This document shows positions 1 through 14,246 of a stretch of DNA of 64,000 nucleotides, one piece after another. Made by a program: the position numbers and the translations under genes. Origin of the DNA: Eledone cirrhosa. Its lineage: Eukaryota. The stretch is from positions 24,552,001 to 24,616,000 of the forward strand of contig OZ024751.1 in assembly GCA_964016885.1 (NCBI GenBank), written 5' to 3'. Below the pieces are notes generated by a model. The model had not been told where the DNA came from, did no database searches, and saw only the letters and a program-made list of their open reading frames with translations. Position 1 is the stretch's first letter. Each line of letters starts with the position of its first letter.

Positions 1-329
1 CCTATAGAACCATCACACCAGCAAATACCGGCACCACCACCATCTCAACCCTCGTACAAACAAATGCCTACACCAACACCAGTAAAACTATCACCTAAAA
101 ATGCCTGCATCTCCACCAACACCAACACCAACACCAACACCAACACAGTCATCACTAACTCACTCTTCCCACATACCAACACAACCATCACCTAACCAAT
201 ACTTTCCAGCTACATTCCATCAACACCACTATCATTACCAAAACGCCTGTAATATCACCAGCCACCAGCAAAACCTTCACCAAATCAACACTGGCACAAC
301 TAACACGACCTTCACCAACCAAAACTAAA

Positions 330-1480
330 CTCCTACCAATACAACGACCACCAACACTACCACCAACATAACCACCAATACAACTACCACCAACACAACT
401 ACCACCAACATAACCACCACCAATACAACCACCACCAACACACACTACCACCAACATAACCACCAATACAACTACCACCAACACAACTACCACCAACATA
501 ACCACCACCAATACAACCACCACCAATACAACCACCACCAACACAACCACCACCAACACAACCACCACCAACACAACTACCACCAACACAACTACCACCA
601 ACATAACCACCAATACAACTACCACCAACACAACCACCACCAACACAACCACCACCAACACAACTACCACCAACACAACCACCACCAACACAACCACCAC
701 CAACACAACTACCACCAACACAACCACCACCAACACAACCACCACCAACACAACTACCACCAACACAACTACCACCAATACAACCACCACCAATACAACC
801 ACCACCAACACTACCAACCACAACTACCACCAACACAACTACCACCAATACAACCACCACCAATACAACTGCCACCAACACAACCACCACCAATACAACC
901 ACCACCTATACAACCACCACCAACACAACTACCACCAACACAACCACCACCAACACAACCACCACCAACACAACTACCACCAACACAACGACCACCAACA
1001 CAACTACCACCAACACAACCACCACCAATGCAACCACCACCAATACAACCACCACCAACACAACCACCACCAACACCACCACTACTACAACCAACAATAT
1101 ACACCTCCCACCACCAACACCACCACTACTACAACAAACACTATACACCTACCACCACCAACACCACCACTACTATAACCAACACTATACACCTACCACC
1201 AACACCACCACTACTACAACCAACACTATACACCTCCCACCACCAACACCACCACCACTACAACAAACACTATACACCTACCACCACCAACACCACCACT
1301 ACTACAACCAACACTATACACCTACCACCAACACCACCACTACTACAACCAACACTATACACCTACCACCAACACCACCACTACTACAACAAACACTATA
1401 CACCTACCACCACCAACACCACCACTACTACAACCAACACTATACACCTCCCACCACTTCCACCATCTACCATACTCCCC
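330..1480. repeat. C/A-rich minisatellite (about 15-bp unit CAACCACCACCAACA and variants, longer higher-order units after about 1080)
   Basis: Tandem reiteration is directly visible and explains the poly-V, GGGCV and PT ORFs. Confidence 0.95.
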
Positions 1481-2142
1481 GCCACCACCCTCACAAACAA
1501 ACACTGATACATAACAATCCCAAACTATGTTTGACCACCATTCTTTCATATTTGTTAATAAAGCTCTGGTGTTAATTTTGTCCCATTTCTTTCTCTCTAT
1601 ATGTCTATATTTCTCTCTCTCCCTCTCTCTCTATCTATCTATCTCACTGTCTTTCTGTCTCAGCTTTTCTCTCTCCTTTCTTTATCTTTCTCTTTCTGCC
1701 TCTTTCCCTCTCTCTCTTTCTCCCTTTGTATGGGTCTTTCTTTTTTCTTTGACTCCGTTTTCTATTTTTTCGTTGCCCTGTTTCATTCTTATGTGTGTGT
1801 GTGTGTCTAAGTGTTTATCTATATGTGTCTATGCGTGTATGTGTGTGCATATAAATATGTGTGTGCGTGTGTATGTGTGTGTGTGTGTTCATTTACAGTA
1901 TTCCCAGTATATCCTAACTTAGTTGTTTGATATTTAGGGGCCTCTCTTTAACCCCCTCATTTTTCTTTGTCTGTTTAAATATCTCTTTCTCTTTCTCACC
2001 CCATTCTCTCTCTCTCTCTCTCTCACCCCATTCTCTCTCTCTCTCTCTCTCTCTTTCTCACCCCATTCTCTCTCTCTCTCTTTCTCACCCCATTCTCTTT
2101 CTCACTCCATTCTCTCTCTCTCTCTCTCTCTCTCATCATATA

Positions 2143-2367
2143 CCGGGGTGTCGAAAAGTTCTTGGCTTTGAGTAAAATGCAGGAGGATCAGTTAATTATG
2201 ATTTTATGCAACATATAGCTCTCTCAGATTCACACACTTGTTGCAGCGGTCCTACCTCCCTTGTAAAGGTAACAGCTCTACCCTTTCATAGTCCTACCTC
2301 CCTTGTAAAGGTAACAGCTCTACCCTTTCGTGATGGCCTTACAGCCAGGAACTTGTCAGCACCCCGG
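2143..2367. mobile_element. Tc1/mariner-type MITE with an internal tandem duplication of about 39 bp
   Basis: TIRs ccggggtgtcgaaaagttcttggct / agccaggaacttgtcagcaccccgg with TA on both sides; gtcctacctcccttgtaaaggtaacagctctaccctttc occurs twice inside. Confidence 0.85.
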
Positions 2368-2390
2368 TATATGTGTGCATCGACAGTCAG

Positions 2391-2604
2391 TCGATCAACT
2401 TTCGCCAAATCGGACCGTGGAAACAATGTTTCCATTGGTCTTTCCAATTGCTAATACACTCTATCGGTCGCAACTCCAAGTAGAAGGAGCAACGTGAAAT
2501 AAAGTGTCTTGCTCAAGGACATAACGTATCGCCCGGGCTAGAAATCGAACCCACAACCTCACGACTGCGAATCCAATTCTCTAACCACTCAGCCACACGC
2601 CTTC
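2391..2604 (-). mobile_element. tRNA-derived SINE with CORE-like block (SINE family 2)
   Basis: Minus strand has A box TGGCTGAGTGG, B box GGTTCGATT, then TCCTTGAGCAAGACACTT; closely similar to 50707-50921(+). Confidence 0.85.
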
Positions 2605-2877
2605 ACCACACACATATATATATAGACACAATTCTACAAATTTCGACAGGTTTTTGACATGTAATTATGAGTGCCTACTTCAGTTAGGCCAACAGTTCAA
2701 ACCTACCGATAAACATATGAGTATCATGTGTGCTGAGTTTACTAATTTGCATAAAGCCATATTGGCTAGAAAGTGTATGATATATAGTAACTACAGTACT
2801 GAGGCAGAGTTTGTTATTCATAGCATTTTTGGTTAGATGTAGATCTAAACTCTGTCTGTTTACATATCTATCTATCT

Positions 2878-3290
2878 GAGGTCAGACACCTTTCTCTCCG
2901 GCCAACAACTGATTCTTTTTTTCAAATACCACTTTGGAAGAAGAATCAGGATGGAGAGAGAGGTGCTGTACCCCAGCAAGTTTTATGAAAGGTGGGTGAA
3001 AGTGGCGAGAATGGCCCGAGTGAATGGGTCTTCTCTCGATATCAGCCTGTAGGTTGAGGAAAAAGAGGAGGGGAGGAAAGGGGTACAAACTCTTCGTACT
3101 CCTGGAGATGAGGGTTGCACATTTTTTTCGAGGGTATGTGTTACCCATATGTAATGTCTCCCCCATTGGGGAAAATCGACCAATTTTTAAATTGCATTTG
3201 TGATAATATTTTACACGTTTTTTATTGTATGTAAACTTCCCCCTTTGTATTTGTCCCCTTCTTTTGTGTCCCTGTGGCTAATAAAGAAAC
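2878..3290 (+). mobile_element. 5'-truncated L1/Tx1-like LINE 3' end in a (TATC)n tract
   Basis: Homologous to the end of the ORF and the 3' UTR of 43661-44734; ends aataaagaaac followed by (tatc)n, with tatc repeats on the 5' side too. Confidence 0.85.
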
Positions 3291-4047
3291 ATATCTATCT
3301 GTCTCTCTGCCTATCTATGTTTTTTGTCTAATTGTTTGTCTCTCTACTATCTACCTATCTATCTATCAATCTTTCTTTCTATTGATATATACCTAGCTAT
3401 CTATCTCTCTATCTATCTACCTGTATATCAATGTATCGATCTATATATCTATAGATATGATCTACCCAGCTATACACTTAACTGTCTATCTAATTATATT
3501 ATCAAACTATACCTATCTACCTAACTATCAATCTGTCTATCTATCTCTCCCTTTATTTATATTATATATATATATATATCTATATATATATATATATATA
3601 TATGTGTATGTATATATGTATATATGTATGTATATATCTATGTATATACATACATGCATACATGTGTTAAACGGATATAAAGGTCAGGTCTCCCCTACAG
3701 TCTAAGGATACTATCGTGTTAGAAACTGATGCTCATATGTGCTGATTAAAATACATGATGAACTAGTGTACAGCAGCAATCAATCACACCATTATAATGC
3801 ACTGGTGTTGGCTTACTCATTAACTGTATCTCTTCTACATAATATCATTGCCTCTACAAATGAGATACAGCCTTACGTTTCATTGTCGTTCAGGATATCG
3901 TCAGTATGTACTGAAATATCTCATTAAGTAGTAAGGAAAATGATGAACAAAAATAAACAAACATAACGCTAGCACATGATGGTGGGATGGTGCATGATTG
4001 ATTGATGTTTAGGATAAGAATGAAGGGGATTACAATGTGAACAAACA

Positions 4048-4092
<45 letters not shown>

Positions 4093-4198
4093 ACATTTAC
4101 ATATACTCTTTTATTCTTTTACCTGTTCCAACCTTCCGCTGAGGCCATGCTGGTATACGGTATATATAGGTTTACATATATACACATTTACATATATG

Positions 4199-4236
<38 letters not shown>

Positions 4237-4338
4237 GTTTATCCCCTATATATAGGGGGTGGGGTGTACTGGTCTGTTGTTCCTGCGAGTGCGCAGGTGA
4301 AACTCAACAGTAATAAACCCTCTACTTAGCCATATTAA

Positions 4339-4470
<132 letters not shown>

Positions 4471-4907
4471 ATAGAGAGGTAGGTAGTTACAGAAATAAAG
4501 AAATAAAGATATGTACCATTAATGAACAGACACAAACACACACACAAATATATATATATATATATTATATATATATTATATATATATATATATATAATGC
4601 TGTCTACGTGGATAATATGGAGGATGCGTTTACAAAAACCTTGTGTTAAAAGTAAGAAGACTTTCTAAACTGACAGTGTACGGAAACATTGATAGAGTTA
4701 AGGAAACTGCTGTCAGTCGTTGACCTTTTTATTCACAAATATCTCCATCTTTCTATATATGCAACAACCTATACGCACAGCCATATACATACACACACAT
4801 TACGTACATATATATTATAAACACATACATATATACATAAATACATATATAGCTACGTACATACATTCATACCTATGTGCGTACGTACATATATGTATAT
4901 ATATATA

Positions 4908-4946
<39 letters not shown>

Positions 4947-4947
<1 letters not shown>

Positions 4948-5183
4948 AAGGCGGGTAAAATTCCCGAGATCCATGGACGAGTTCTCTCCAGCAGTCTCTG
5001 TGTCCCTCATTATCGCTGCCATATCCTGCATCTCCAACAGACCAGTGTCTGTCCCTTAGGGCATCAACATATGTTAACCTTGGTCTTCTCCTCTTCTAGT
5101 GTGTCCATGTAGGGGCTCCCAAAGTGACACAGAGAGGAGACTGAGGTTGGCTGGACATGCTCTCACCGACATCCAGAGTTGAT
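4947..5183 (-). mobile_element. RTE-clade LINE 3' fragment with inverted 5' segment
   Basis: Minus 4947-5124 reads, with frameshifts, LWEPLHGH..RG-RPRLTYVDAL..DTG...M.DR..WREL; plus 5125-5183 reads RRLRLAGH, the motif normally found just upstream; both ends are in TA repeats. Confidence 0.75.
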
Positions 5184-5379
5184 ATAATATATATATATAT
5201 ATATATATATCATATCATCATCATAATCGTTTTTACGTCCGTTATATATAATCAAGGTTGAACACAAAACAAATCGAAATACGTGGGACGAATGAGCAAA
5301 ATCTTGTAGTTTCTTCATCAGCCACTTACTGAGGAATGCAATTTAGTGCAGCAAATATATACTAACACAGACATATATG

Positions 5380-5484
5380 CAGGTTGTCCCAAAAAATATA
5401 TACGCACTTCAAAGGTATTCTAATAAATATTGCCTGTACAGGTAATCACACTGTGTATACATTGGGGGGGGGGGGGGCACTCTA
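5380..5484. mobile_element. Degenerate Tc1/mariner-type MITE of about 100 bp
   Basis: Similar to 44842-44942; imperfect TIRs caggttgtcccaaaaaatatatac / gtatacatt...gcactct. Confidence 0.55.
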
Positions 5485-5789
5485 TACATGTGTCTGTCTA
5501 TGCGTGTAAATTGTGCAAATGTCTATCCTTTTTCTCTCGTTTCGTTTGTTACTCCATGTCATTTGTTTTCTGCTCATAAATTTGGTAAGAGAGTTAAACA
5601 GGAAATTATTAGACGCAATCAATAATTGATTTCATCAGATATCGCTTCGATCATAGCTATTGTAAAGGGAGGTAACCTTCTTCTTTATTTCGTGTAATTT
5701 AAAATGTTTAATACCACATATTCCAACTTCAAATGTTATCTGTTAATAATCGCTTTTACCAGTAAATAATCCCGTTATTCTTAGCAAAA

Positions 5790-6330
5790 TAATTGTTCAT
5801 AGTTTTAGCACATGGCCAGCAATCATCTCAGTGTATTACTGGTACCTTATTTTATCGTAAAGGGACATAACTCTATACTGGAAAGAATGGTGTCCGACCC
5901 TTTAGCGATACTACCAATCCACTTAATAGGTTTAAGATAGTCAAGATTATTTTCTTCTCGTGGAAACAATTAGAAAATGTTTTGTCTCTCGTTCTCATGA
6001 TATTGACGTGTTCAATAACTTTTTTCCCACTTCATGTTCATACCTATTTGTGGATACGTTTATATGCATTCCGTCATCTCTTTATAGTCCTGCGTATTTT
6101 GTTCTTGTGGGTATAGTATGTAAAATCCGACTGTATCTTGCTCCTTCATTTTTTCTAATAATTGTTTCTACTTTTGGTACAAGGCCAGCAATAATCCCAA
6201 TGCATCAGAACGTAAAGGGCCGGAACTGTATGCCGCAAAACAAGTTGTTGTTTTTTAATAATTATTCATTATAACATGTATTGAGTGCTTATTCTGCCGT
6301 CCGCTGCAAATGTCTAACGAATCATCTACA
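5790..6330 (-). mobile_element. Degenerate SINE family 1 fragments
   Basis: Family blocks ctggtac.ttattttatcg and ttgtttctacttttggtacaaggccagcaat. Confidence 0.6.
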
Positions 6331-6574
6331 ACTGATAAACCGTTGTAAATGAATTGATAACAGAAACCTGAACATACAAAGCATTGTATCATCTCCTCAT
6401 TGAATAATATCACAATATTACGAATGAACTGTACACTATACCATTGCTAGAGAAAACTGAGTGGATATTAAGGAACGGAACGAACCTCCGTCGGTTTCGA
6501 CGGTGAGTGTTCCAAGCGTTCGACCAATGAAACAGCCTGCTCGTTAAATTAACGTGAAAGTGTAGCTAGGCATT

Positions 6575-6631
<57 letters not shown>

Positions 6632-6633
<2 letters not shown>

Positions 6634-6720
6634 TAAGTTATTCCAGGTTGAATCGGAGGTAACCACAGTAAGTAAGGTACTCAATACATAGCAGATAGTC
6701 CTGTAGAATCTCATCTATAT
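6632..6720. mobile_element. Fold-back family F remnant (tail joined directly to the end of the inverted short arm) in (TA)n
   Basis: 6632-6695 is the reverse complement of about 20640-20699; the following tagtcctgtagaatctcatctatat matches 20601-20625 in the opposite orientation. Confidence 0.75.
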
Positions 6721-6721
6721 A

Positions 6722-6824
<103 letters not shown>

Positions 6825-7244
6825 CTTTAATGTCATTCTAAAGGAGGATTTAGAATTGAGCGTGACATAGTGTATGACAAGGCTGGCATTTTGAATAATA
6901 TGTAGGGTCCATCCAACAGACTTCCAAATAGCTTCTGCCTACCTAGTTTTACTTACAGGGCTTGGATCGACTCGAGGTTATGCTGAATCATACTTGCAGT
7001 GGAACCGAAACAGGGACTTCTGTGATGGCAAAACGAATTGTATAACTATTCGTCCAGACTGCGTCCAGACTGCGTCTACAAATCTATTAAGAAGAAAACT
7101 AACTGGTATGCTACTGGACAAACGTCACATCAACGAAATACAGGCAACAAACCCAAATAAGCTAAAACCGACCACAAAACTTTGAAAAATGTTAAATACG
7201 GTTGATCAAACTTATAACAACAAAGTAATGTTTAATAATCATCG

Positions 7245-7360
7245 TTTCTGATTTAGGCATAAGGTCAACAATTTGTGGGGAAAGTCGATTAATTCGCTCC
7301 CAATACATTACTGGTACTTTAATTTATCGACCTCGTAAGAATGAAAAACAAAGCTAATCT
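7245..7360 (-). mobile_element. SINE family 1 fragment
   Basis: ttactggtactttaatttatcgacctcgtaagaatgaaa block. Confidence 0.65.
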
Positions 7361-8043
7361 CTTTCCAAATATATCACATAAGAATTTATTGTTTCAACAA
7401 TTCTAATAATATATACGTGAAGGCCGATAAAACTGAAAATATATAAGAACTAGATAGATATACATACAGTAATTATTTTATCAAATGGGGTGGGTGAATA
7501 TATATATATATGGGGTGGGTATATATATAAAGAAGTGAGCCAGTTATACCTGTATGTATGTATATATAAAGCTTATGCAAATAGTTGTGAGTATATTTGT
7601 GTGTTGTGAGTGTGTATGAGTGTGTATATCTATGCCTGTGTGTGTATCTGTGTATGTTTATGTATGTGTGTGTTATACATGTTATCCATAGATGATAATC
7701 GACAAAAAAATCATATACAATCAACAAGTGCCATAATTTCGATCTGAGAAAATAACTTATATATACTTTCACTCTAACGTTAATTAAATCTGTTATATAT
7801 ATTTACATATACGTCCTGTATGGTTATATTACTGATATGATAACAACTTGGCAACAGGGGAAGAAAGCGTGGACTAAAAGAACTCAGTCAGGATATTCCC
7901 TAGTTTTATATATATTGTACGATGCTGCTAAATGAAGGTGGAGTGTGGGTAAAGGCGGATAGTGTCGAAATCGTTGTGATCTCTAGTAAACAGCTGATAA
8001 AAGAAGTGTCTCGCAGTACAAACTATAAGTATTATATATGTGC

Positions 8044-8098
<55 letters not shown>

Positions 8099-9064
8099 AG
8101 ACCGTATATACCTTAACTAGACCGTAAAGAAATCCCCAAAAGAAACCCACGCCCCTGCAAACCCAGTAATATGCAAACCACAATCCTACAATCATCCCTA
8201 TACCACAAAACTGCTCTGTATTAGCCATAAATAAAATTCAAACACGTCCTTCCAAACCATATCCTAGCTCTGTCACCGAAACATCAACCACCCTGCAACA
8301 ATTACTGGTAAGGGAATGACGAACGTCATCAGGCTGCAGCCTCTAAACCACACATACTCACACACACATACATACATGCACGGCAGACACACACATACAC
8401 ACACTTTCAAATACGTACCATCACACACACAACGTACACACATATATATACACACACGCACGTATACAAAGTCAACTATTAAAAGCTAAAGAGAAACTTA
8501 CCTTTGGAACGAAAGCTTAGCCAACTGGGCAGCTTCTATAGGCGGGTACAAAATTCTACCCTTAAATTCAGCAAATGAACCGAAAGGCATTGTTGCTATT
8601 TACACGGTAAACTTTATTTGTTGAATATTGTTGTGGCAGAAAACCAACGAAGGGGTTACTTTATGTAGTCGTAGATATTGTATTTGTGGCCTATCCTTCT
8701 CGTCCGTTGGTTCTAGATGTTGTTTGTGTCTTTAATGTACTTTTTGATTCGTTTTTACCCTTTGTTTTTCTTATTTTTCTTTTCTTTTTTTTTTTCTTTT
8801 TTTTATATTTTTGCTAAGGCCGTGAATTTCTCTCCCTTTTTATGTTGTACTCACAGGCAGAGACAGAACACGGTCAGTAGTCCATTTTATGGAAAGTATT
8901 TGTTATAACTTGATATAACAGAGGCCAAACTAAGTAACTTTTTTTATTTATTTATAATCTTCCTCGTTATTACTTTACTGTTGTTGTTCTTGTTATTCTT
9001 GTTACTGTTCTTATTGTCATCGTCCTTGTTGTTATCGTGGTCGTTGTGGCCGTTGTTGTTGTTG

Positions 9065-9264
9065 NNNNNNNNNNNNNNNNNNNNNNNNNNNNNNNNNNNN
9101 NNNNNNNNNNNNNNNNNNNNNNNNNNNNNNNNNNNNNNNNNNNNNNNNNNNNNNNNNNNNNNNNNNNNNNNNNNNNNNNNNNNNNNNNNNNNNNNNNNNN
9201 NNNNNNNNNNNNNNNNNNNNNNNNNNNNNNNNNNNNNNNNNNNNNNNNNNNNNNNNNNNNNNNN
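9065..9264. other. Assembly gap (200 N)
   Basis: Run of N. Confidence 1.
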
Positions 9265-9643
9265 AAGCAGCAGGATCAACAAGTAGCAAATCATGTTATG
9301 AGAGAGGGGGGACACAGAGAGAGAGAGAGAGAGGGGGTGAGAAGAGAGAGAGAGAGGGTAGAGAGAAGAGAGGGGTAGAGAGTGGGGGGAGCTGACTATA
9401 GGAAGGAGTGCGTGAGTTCTTTGCAACTACTTATCACCCATCACACATACATTAAAACGTATGTGTGATTAGAAACACACCAATACACACACACACACAC
9501 ACACACATATATACACACATACACACCAATACACACAGACACACACACACATACACACATACACACCAATACACACACATATATATATATATATACATAC
9601 ACAAACGCATGCACATATATATATATATACACAAATACACAAG

Positions 9644-9742
<99 letters not shown>

Positions 9743-9948
9743 GTATCTATGTATATATATTCCTTTCTATTTATACATACATATATATATATATATATGT
9801 GTGTATGTAAGTGTGTATATATATACCTTTCTATTTATACATACGTGCATAAATAATTTAATTTCGTATATTTCTGACTCCATACATGTACATACTTGCT
9901 TTTCTGTGCATAATTTTCATTGTGTTGGCGCGTGCTTATATATATACT

Positions 9949-10043
<95 letters not shown>

Positions 10044-10262
10044 TATACATGTAATTATGTGTGTGTATTTGCACATATGTATGCGCCAGTGTGTATAAAA
10101 CCCACATGGTATGTCAATGCACTTGTGAATATGCATAAATACAGAGAGAGAGAGAGGGAGAGAGGGAGAGAGAGAGTGACAGAGAGAGAGGGAGAGAGAG
10201 GGAGAGGGGGAGAGAGAGAGAGAGTGACAGAGACAGAGACACAGAGAGAGAGGGAGAGATGG

Positions 10263-10312
<50 letters not shown>

Positions 10313-10317
10313 TTGTG

Positions 10318-10449
10318 TAGATCCCGAGTTAAATTGGAGGTAACCACAGTTAATAAGGTACTCAATACATTAGTAAAGTGTAAACATCATATTTAATAGA
10401 GAAAGTGTTTCCACAAGGCTGTAGAAGCCCTTTCTATGTTAAATATGAT
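10318..10449. mobile_element. Diverged fold-back family F copy
   Basis: Tail ggaggtaaccacagttaataaggtactcaatac, then imperfect inverted arms at about 10386-10411 and 10424-10449. Confidence 0.65.
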
Positions 10450-10537
10450 CCCCTCTCCAGATCTGTACACAACCGGTTTCTTCCAGAAATGGAGAAAGAG
10501 AGGAAGTGAGAAAGCGATATAGAGGAAGAATCGATTC

Positions 10538-10690
10538 CAGTACTTGATTGGTACTTTTTTTTTATCGACTTCAAAAGGTCGAAAAGTAAAGTTGACCTCA
10601 ACTAGATTTGGACTCACAAATGAGAGTCTGATGAATAGGGTAAAGTATTCTACCTGACGTTCTAATAACTCTGGCAATTCACCGCCTTTG
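10538..10690 (-). mobile_element. Degenerate SINE family 1
   Basis: ggtactttttttttatcgac...aaagttgacctc...gactcaca block. Confidence 0.55.
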
Positions 10691-10893
10691 CCTTAAATAT
10701 AAGAAAAATGAACAAGATAATGTATTCCTAGATACACAAACAAAAATACGATAAGATGTTCATAGTTGGAATGCCTTTCATCAAAATCTCTGGCCACGTG
10801 TACTTGTGGCAATGTCAAATTGTCTACAGCGCCGGGCAAAATACTTTGCAGCATTTGTCTCGGCATTTTCCGTCCAAATCGCACCGAAGTCAC

Positions 10894-10944
<51 letters not shown>

Positions 10945-11230
10945 AGAAGTTCTATTTAAATTGTTGGAATACAACAAGCAAATATTTTTATAACTGATAT
11001 AAAGCACTCAACAAATTATTGGAGTAAAAATACGATATATTAATAAATGGAAACTATATTTATAAAACCATATTTATTTCATTATACATATTTCAAGGAC
11101 ACCTAGTTAAATTATGGTGTGCTTTCATCAGATAAAATATAATATAGATCAGTTTTATAAATAAATGAATATTGACATACCCTTAAAGAATGCGACCATT
11201 TCTGTTGGAAGCTCCCGGGTATGTCAATAT
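10945..11230 (-). mobile_element. Hammerhead-bearing element family A (single arm), bounded by TA/TG repeats
   Basis: Homologous to 16972-17120 and 31320-31576. Confidence 0.8.
11076..11138 (-). ncRNA. Minimal type I hammerhead ribozyme
   Basis: Minus: ATTTTAT-CTGATGA-AAGCACACC..GGTGTCCTT-GAAA-TATGTA-TA-ATGAAAT; stems I and II pair and stem III is near-palindromic. Confidence 0.75.
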
Positions 11231-11319
11231 TTATTTATATATATATATATTATATATATATTTTTTTTTGGGGGGGGGGGGGGGTCGATATTCAACCTAC
11301 TGATAAACCATTCAAGTAT

Positions 11320-11628
11320 AGGGTCGATAAAATAAAGTACCAGTAACACACTGGGTCGATGTAATCGATTTTCCCCTCCCCCAAAATTTGTTGGCCTTGT
11401 GCCTAAACCAGAAACAATTATCATTATTGGCATTATCGGTAGATCGTCAGACAATATGCTTTATGGCATAGAGTTACGTCCCTTTACGTTTTTAGTTCAA
11501 ATCCCGCCGAGGTTATCTTTGTGTTTCATCTTTACTGAGTCGATAAAATAAAGATTTAATCGACTTTCCCCTCCCCCCCCAAAAAAAAAATTTCTGGCCT
11601 TGTGTCTATCTAAGAAACCATTATTATT
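11320..11628 (+). mobile_element. Two head-to-tail SINE family 1 copies
   Basis: agttcaaatcccgccgaggtta...gtcgataaaataaag...ggccttgtg...(att)n. Confidence 0.8.
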
Positions 11629-12479
11629 GCAGTTGTTTGTGCAGTTGCTGCTTCTTCTTCGTACCGTTATCATAAATTTAGATAAACATTATAGAAATGT
11701 GAATATTGTACATCTCGCTATTTATGCTCTCCCTTTTATATTTATTATTAGTTTTGTTCTATTTTTGTTCACATTCTAATAAAACTGGAAAAAAGTAAAC
11801 AAAATGGCATTTCTTCTTTTTTAATATATATTCCATCTGCTAATAAGCCAAGACCAAAACTATTCTAAGGAAAAAAGATAACAAAGATAAAACAAAACAA
11901 TTATTAAATTTATTGTTGAAAAATATAGCTTTGTTAAATTGGTTTCTTCAGAAGAAAGCAAGCAAAAAATAATAGAGTGTTAATAATAAAAAAAAAAAGA
12001 AAATTAAATGATAAAACGAGGAACAACTACTAATAATACTGCTACTACTGCTACTATTTTGATGAAATATTTGTTAAATTAAAATCCAAATTGCGCACCT
12101 GCTGAATTTGATGTGGTGGGCTGAAGAAGAAAGTAATTGTTTACTAATTTGCACAGTGCTTGTAAACTTTGTCTTTGAAAACGATAAACGGTTCGTAGTG
12201 CAGTCATTTGGAGAGGAATTGCATGCTATTGTATAATTAATAGGAAATAGGAAACGATGGTAATGTCAACGGAGAGCATTTCCAAAGAAAAGTATAAAGA
12301 ATTTCTATTTAAATATACAAACAAATACAACAACGAATAACAAGAATAACAACAAAAACAACAATAATAGTTGTTATTCATCGTTATAGTCTATTTATTA
12401 TTAGTGTTAGAGAGAAATCGATATATATACATCGATGTCTATAAATCCTTTTTCAACGTTAGAGACTGTGTTGAACTAG

Positions 12480-13415
12480 TAGAGGCGTGAGAGGGTTGGA
12501 CAATATGCTTTGCGATATTTATTTACAATTTTCAGTTCTGGGTTCAAATCAGACCGAGGTCAAGTTTGCCTTCATCCATCCAAGGTTGATAAAACAAAGT
12601 ACCAGTTAAATCCTGGAGTCGATATAATCAATTCTCTCTTCACCGCAATTTGCTGGCCTTGTGCCTAAAATGGAAATCATTATTAATTTTAGATATCAAT
12701 CAATATATATATATATTTATTACCACTGTGTTTGTGTGTGTGTGTTCAAATCCCTGGGAAGTCAACTTTACTTTCATTCTTCCTGGGTCGATAATATAAA
12801 GTAGCAGTCGTGCAGTGGAGTCGATTTAATCGACTTTCCTCTCCCCTTCAAATAACTGGCCTTGTGCCTAAATTAGAAATCATTATTATTATTACGATCT
12901 GAGTTCAAATCCCGCCGGGGTTGACTTTGCCTTTCATCCTTACGGGGTCGATAAAATAAAGTACCAGTAATGCACTGACTGGGTAATTGCTGGCCTTGTG
13001 CCTAAAGTAGAAACAATTATTATTATTATTATTATTGACGGATAGAGTTACGGCCCTTGCCATTCTGAGTTCAAATCCCGCCGAGGTTAACTTTGCCTTT
13101 CATCCTTACGGGATCGATAAAATAAAGTACCAGTAATACACTGGGGTAATTGCTGGCCTTGTGCCTAACGTAGAAACAATTATTATTATTAAGGTGGGTT
13201 GGCAGTACTGGTAGAGCGTCAGATATGCTGTGTGGCATGTAGTTACGTCCCTTTACGTTCTGAGTTCAAATCCTGTCAAGGTTAGTTTTGCCTTTAATCC
13301 TTGCAAGGTCGATGAAATAAAATACCAGTAACGCATTGGCGTCGATTTAATCGACTTTCCCCTTCACCAACAAATATTGCCGGCCTTGTATCTGGATCAG
13401 AAATCAATATTATCG
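12480..13415 (+). mobile_element. Tandem cluster of about 5-6 SINE family 1 copies
   Basis: Repeated B box gagttcaaatc, central gcctttcatccttacggggtcgataaaataaagtaccagt, and tail tggccttgtgcct..agaaacaattattatt. Confidence 0.9.
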
Positions 13416-14190
13416 TTGACCCTGTTGAGTTAAGTATCAAGAATATCCTTCCAATTACACCTGATACAACAATAGTTCTCTTATTTCATGCCGCTGAGAT
13501 TTCAATCACATATTCTCTCTATATAGAATTACTTTATTATGTCCTCACTACAGCTGCTATTGTCAACCGCACATAATAGATTGACCATTGTATATATAGG
13601 CTTTATGACGAAACGCAATGACAATATCTGGTCAGTTAGCTTTGATTTTCTATGTATTGTATGTAAAATCCCATGAAAGCAATAAACTACTCTGCTTTCT
13701 ATGATCTTAGCATGCTCCAGTTTGTGTCATGCAGCCATGGCTGTCAGATAGAAATATGTATATTTATATTAACAACAATTGTTGATTTTGTTTAGACCTT
13801 AGTTCAACCCGATCCATCAAATCTGAAAGGAAAACTTGAAAATCGAAAGTAAACTGTGTAAAAATTAGGAGCAAGTATCTTGGGATTCTATCAGTCATCA
13901 TTTCTAACAAGCTATTCATACAAGTTATTTAAAAAGCAATACAACAGACTCAAGCATAGCTGTATTGTGAAGTGGTTTCCGTCCACCACTTCGTAGTTAT
14001 GACTTCGATCGCATTGCATGTCCAGCTGTAAACATGAACGAGAAAATTAAATTGATAAATCGGTGCTTTGTAACAAAGTCTCCATTTATATTTGTTCCTG
14101 CATTTAACACAGAAAATCCCTTGTTTCTTATCCTAAATGAAGTCAACCATCGATTATTCACTATATGTGTGTATGATAGTGCGTGTATTA

Positions 14191-14237
<47 letters not shown>

Positions 14238-14246
<9 letters not shown>

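Noticed and set aside
12480-13415. Regularly repeated units as a CRISPR array or tRNA gene cluster
   Set aside because: The units are 130-200-bp SINEs with A/B boxes and tails; there are no unique spacers, cas genes or intact cloverleaves.
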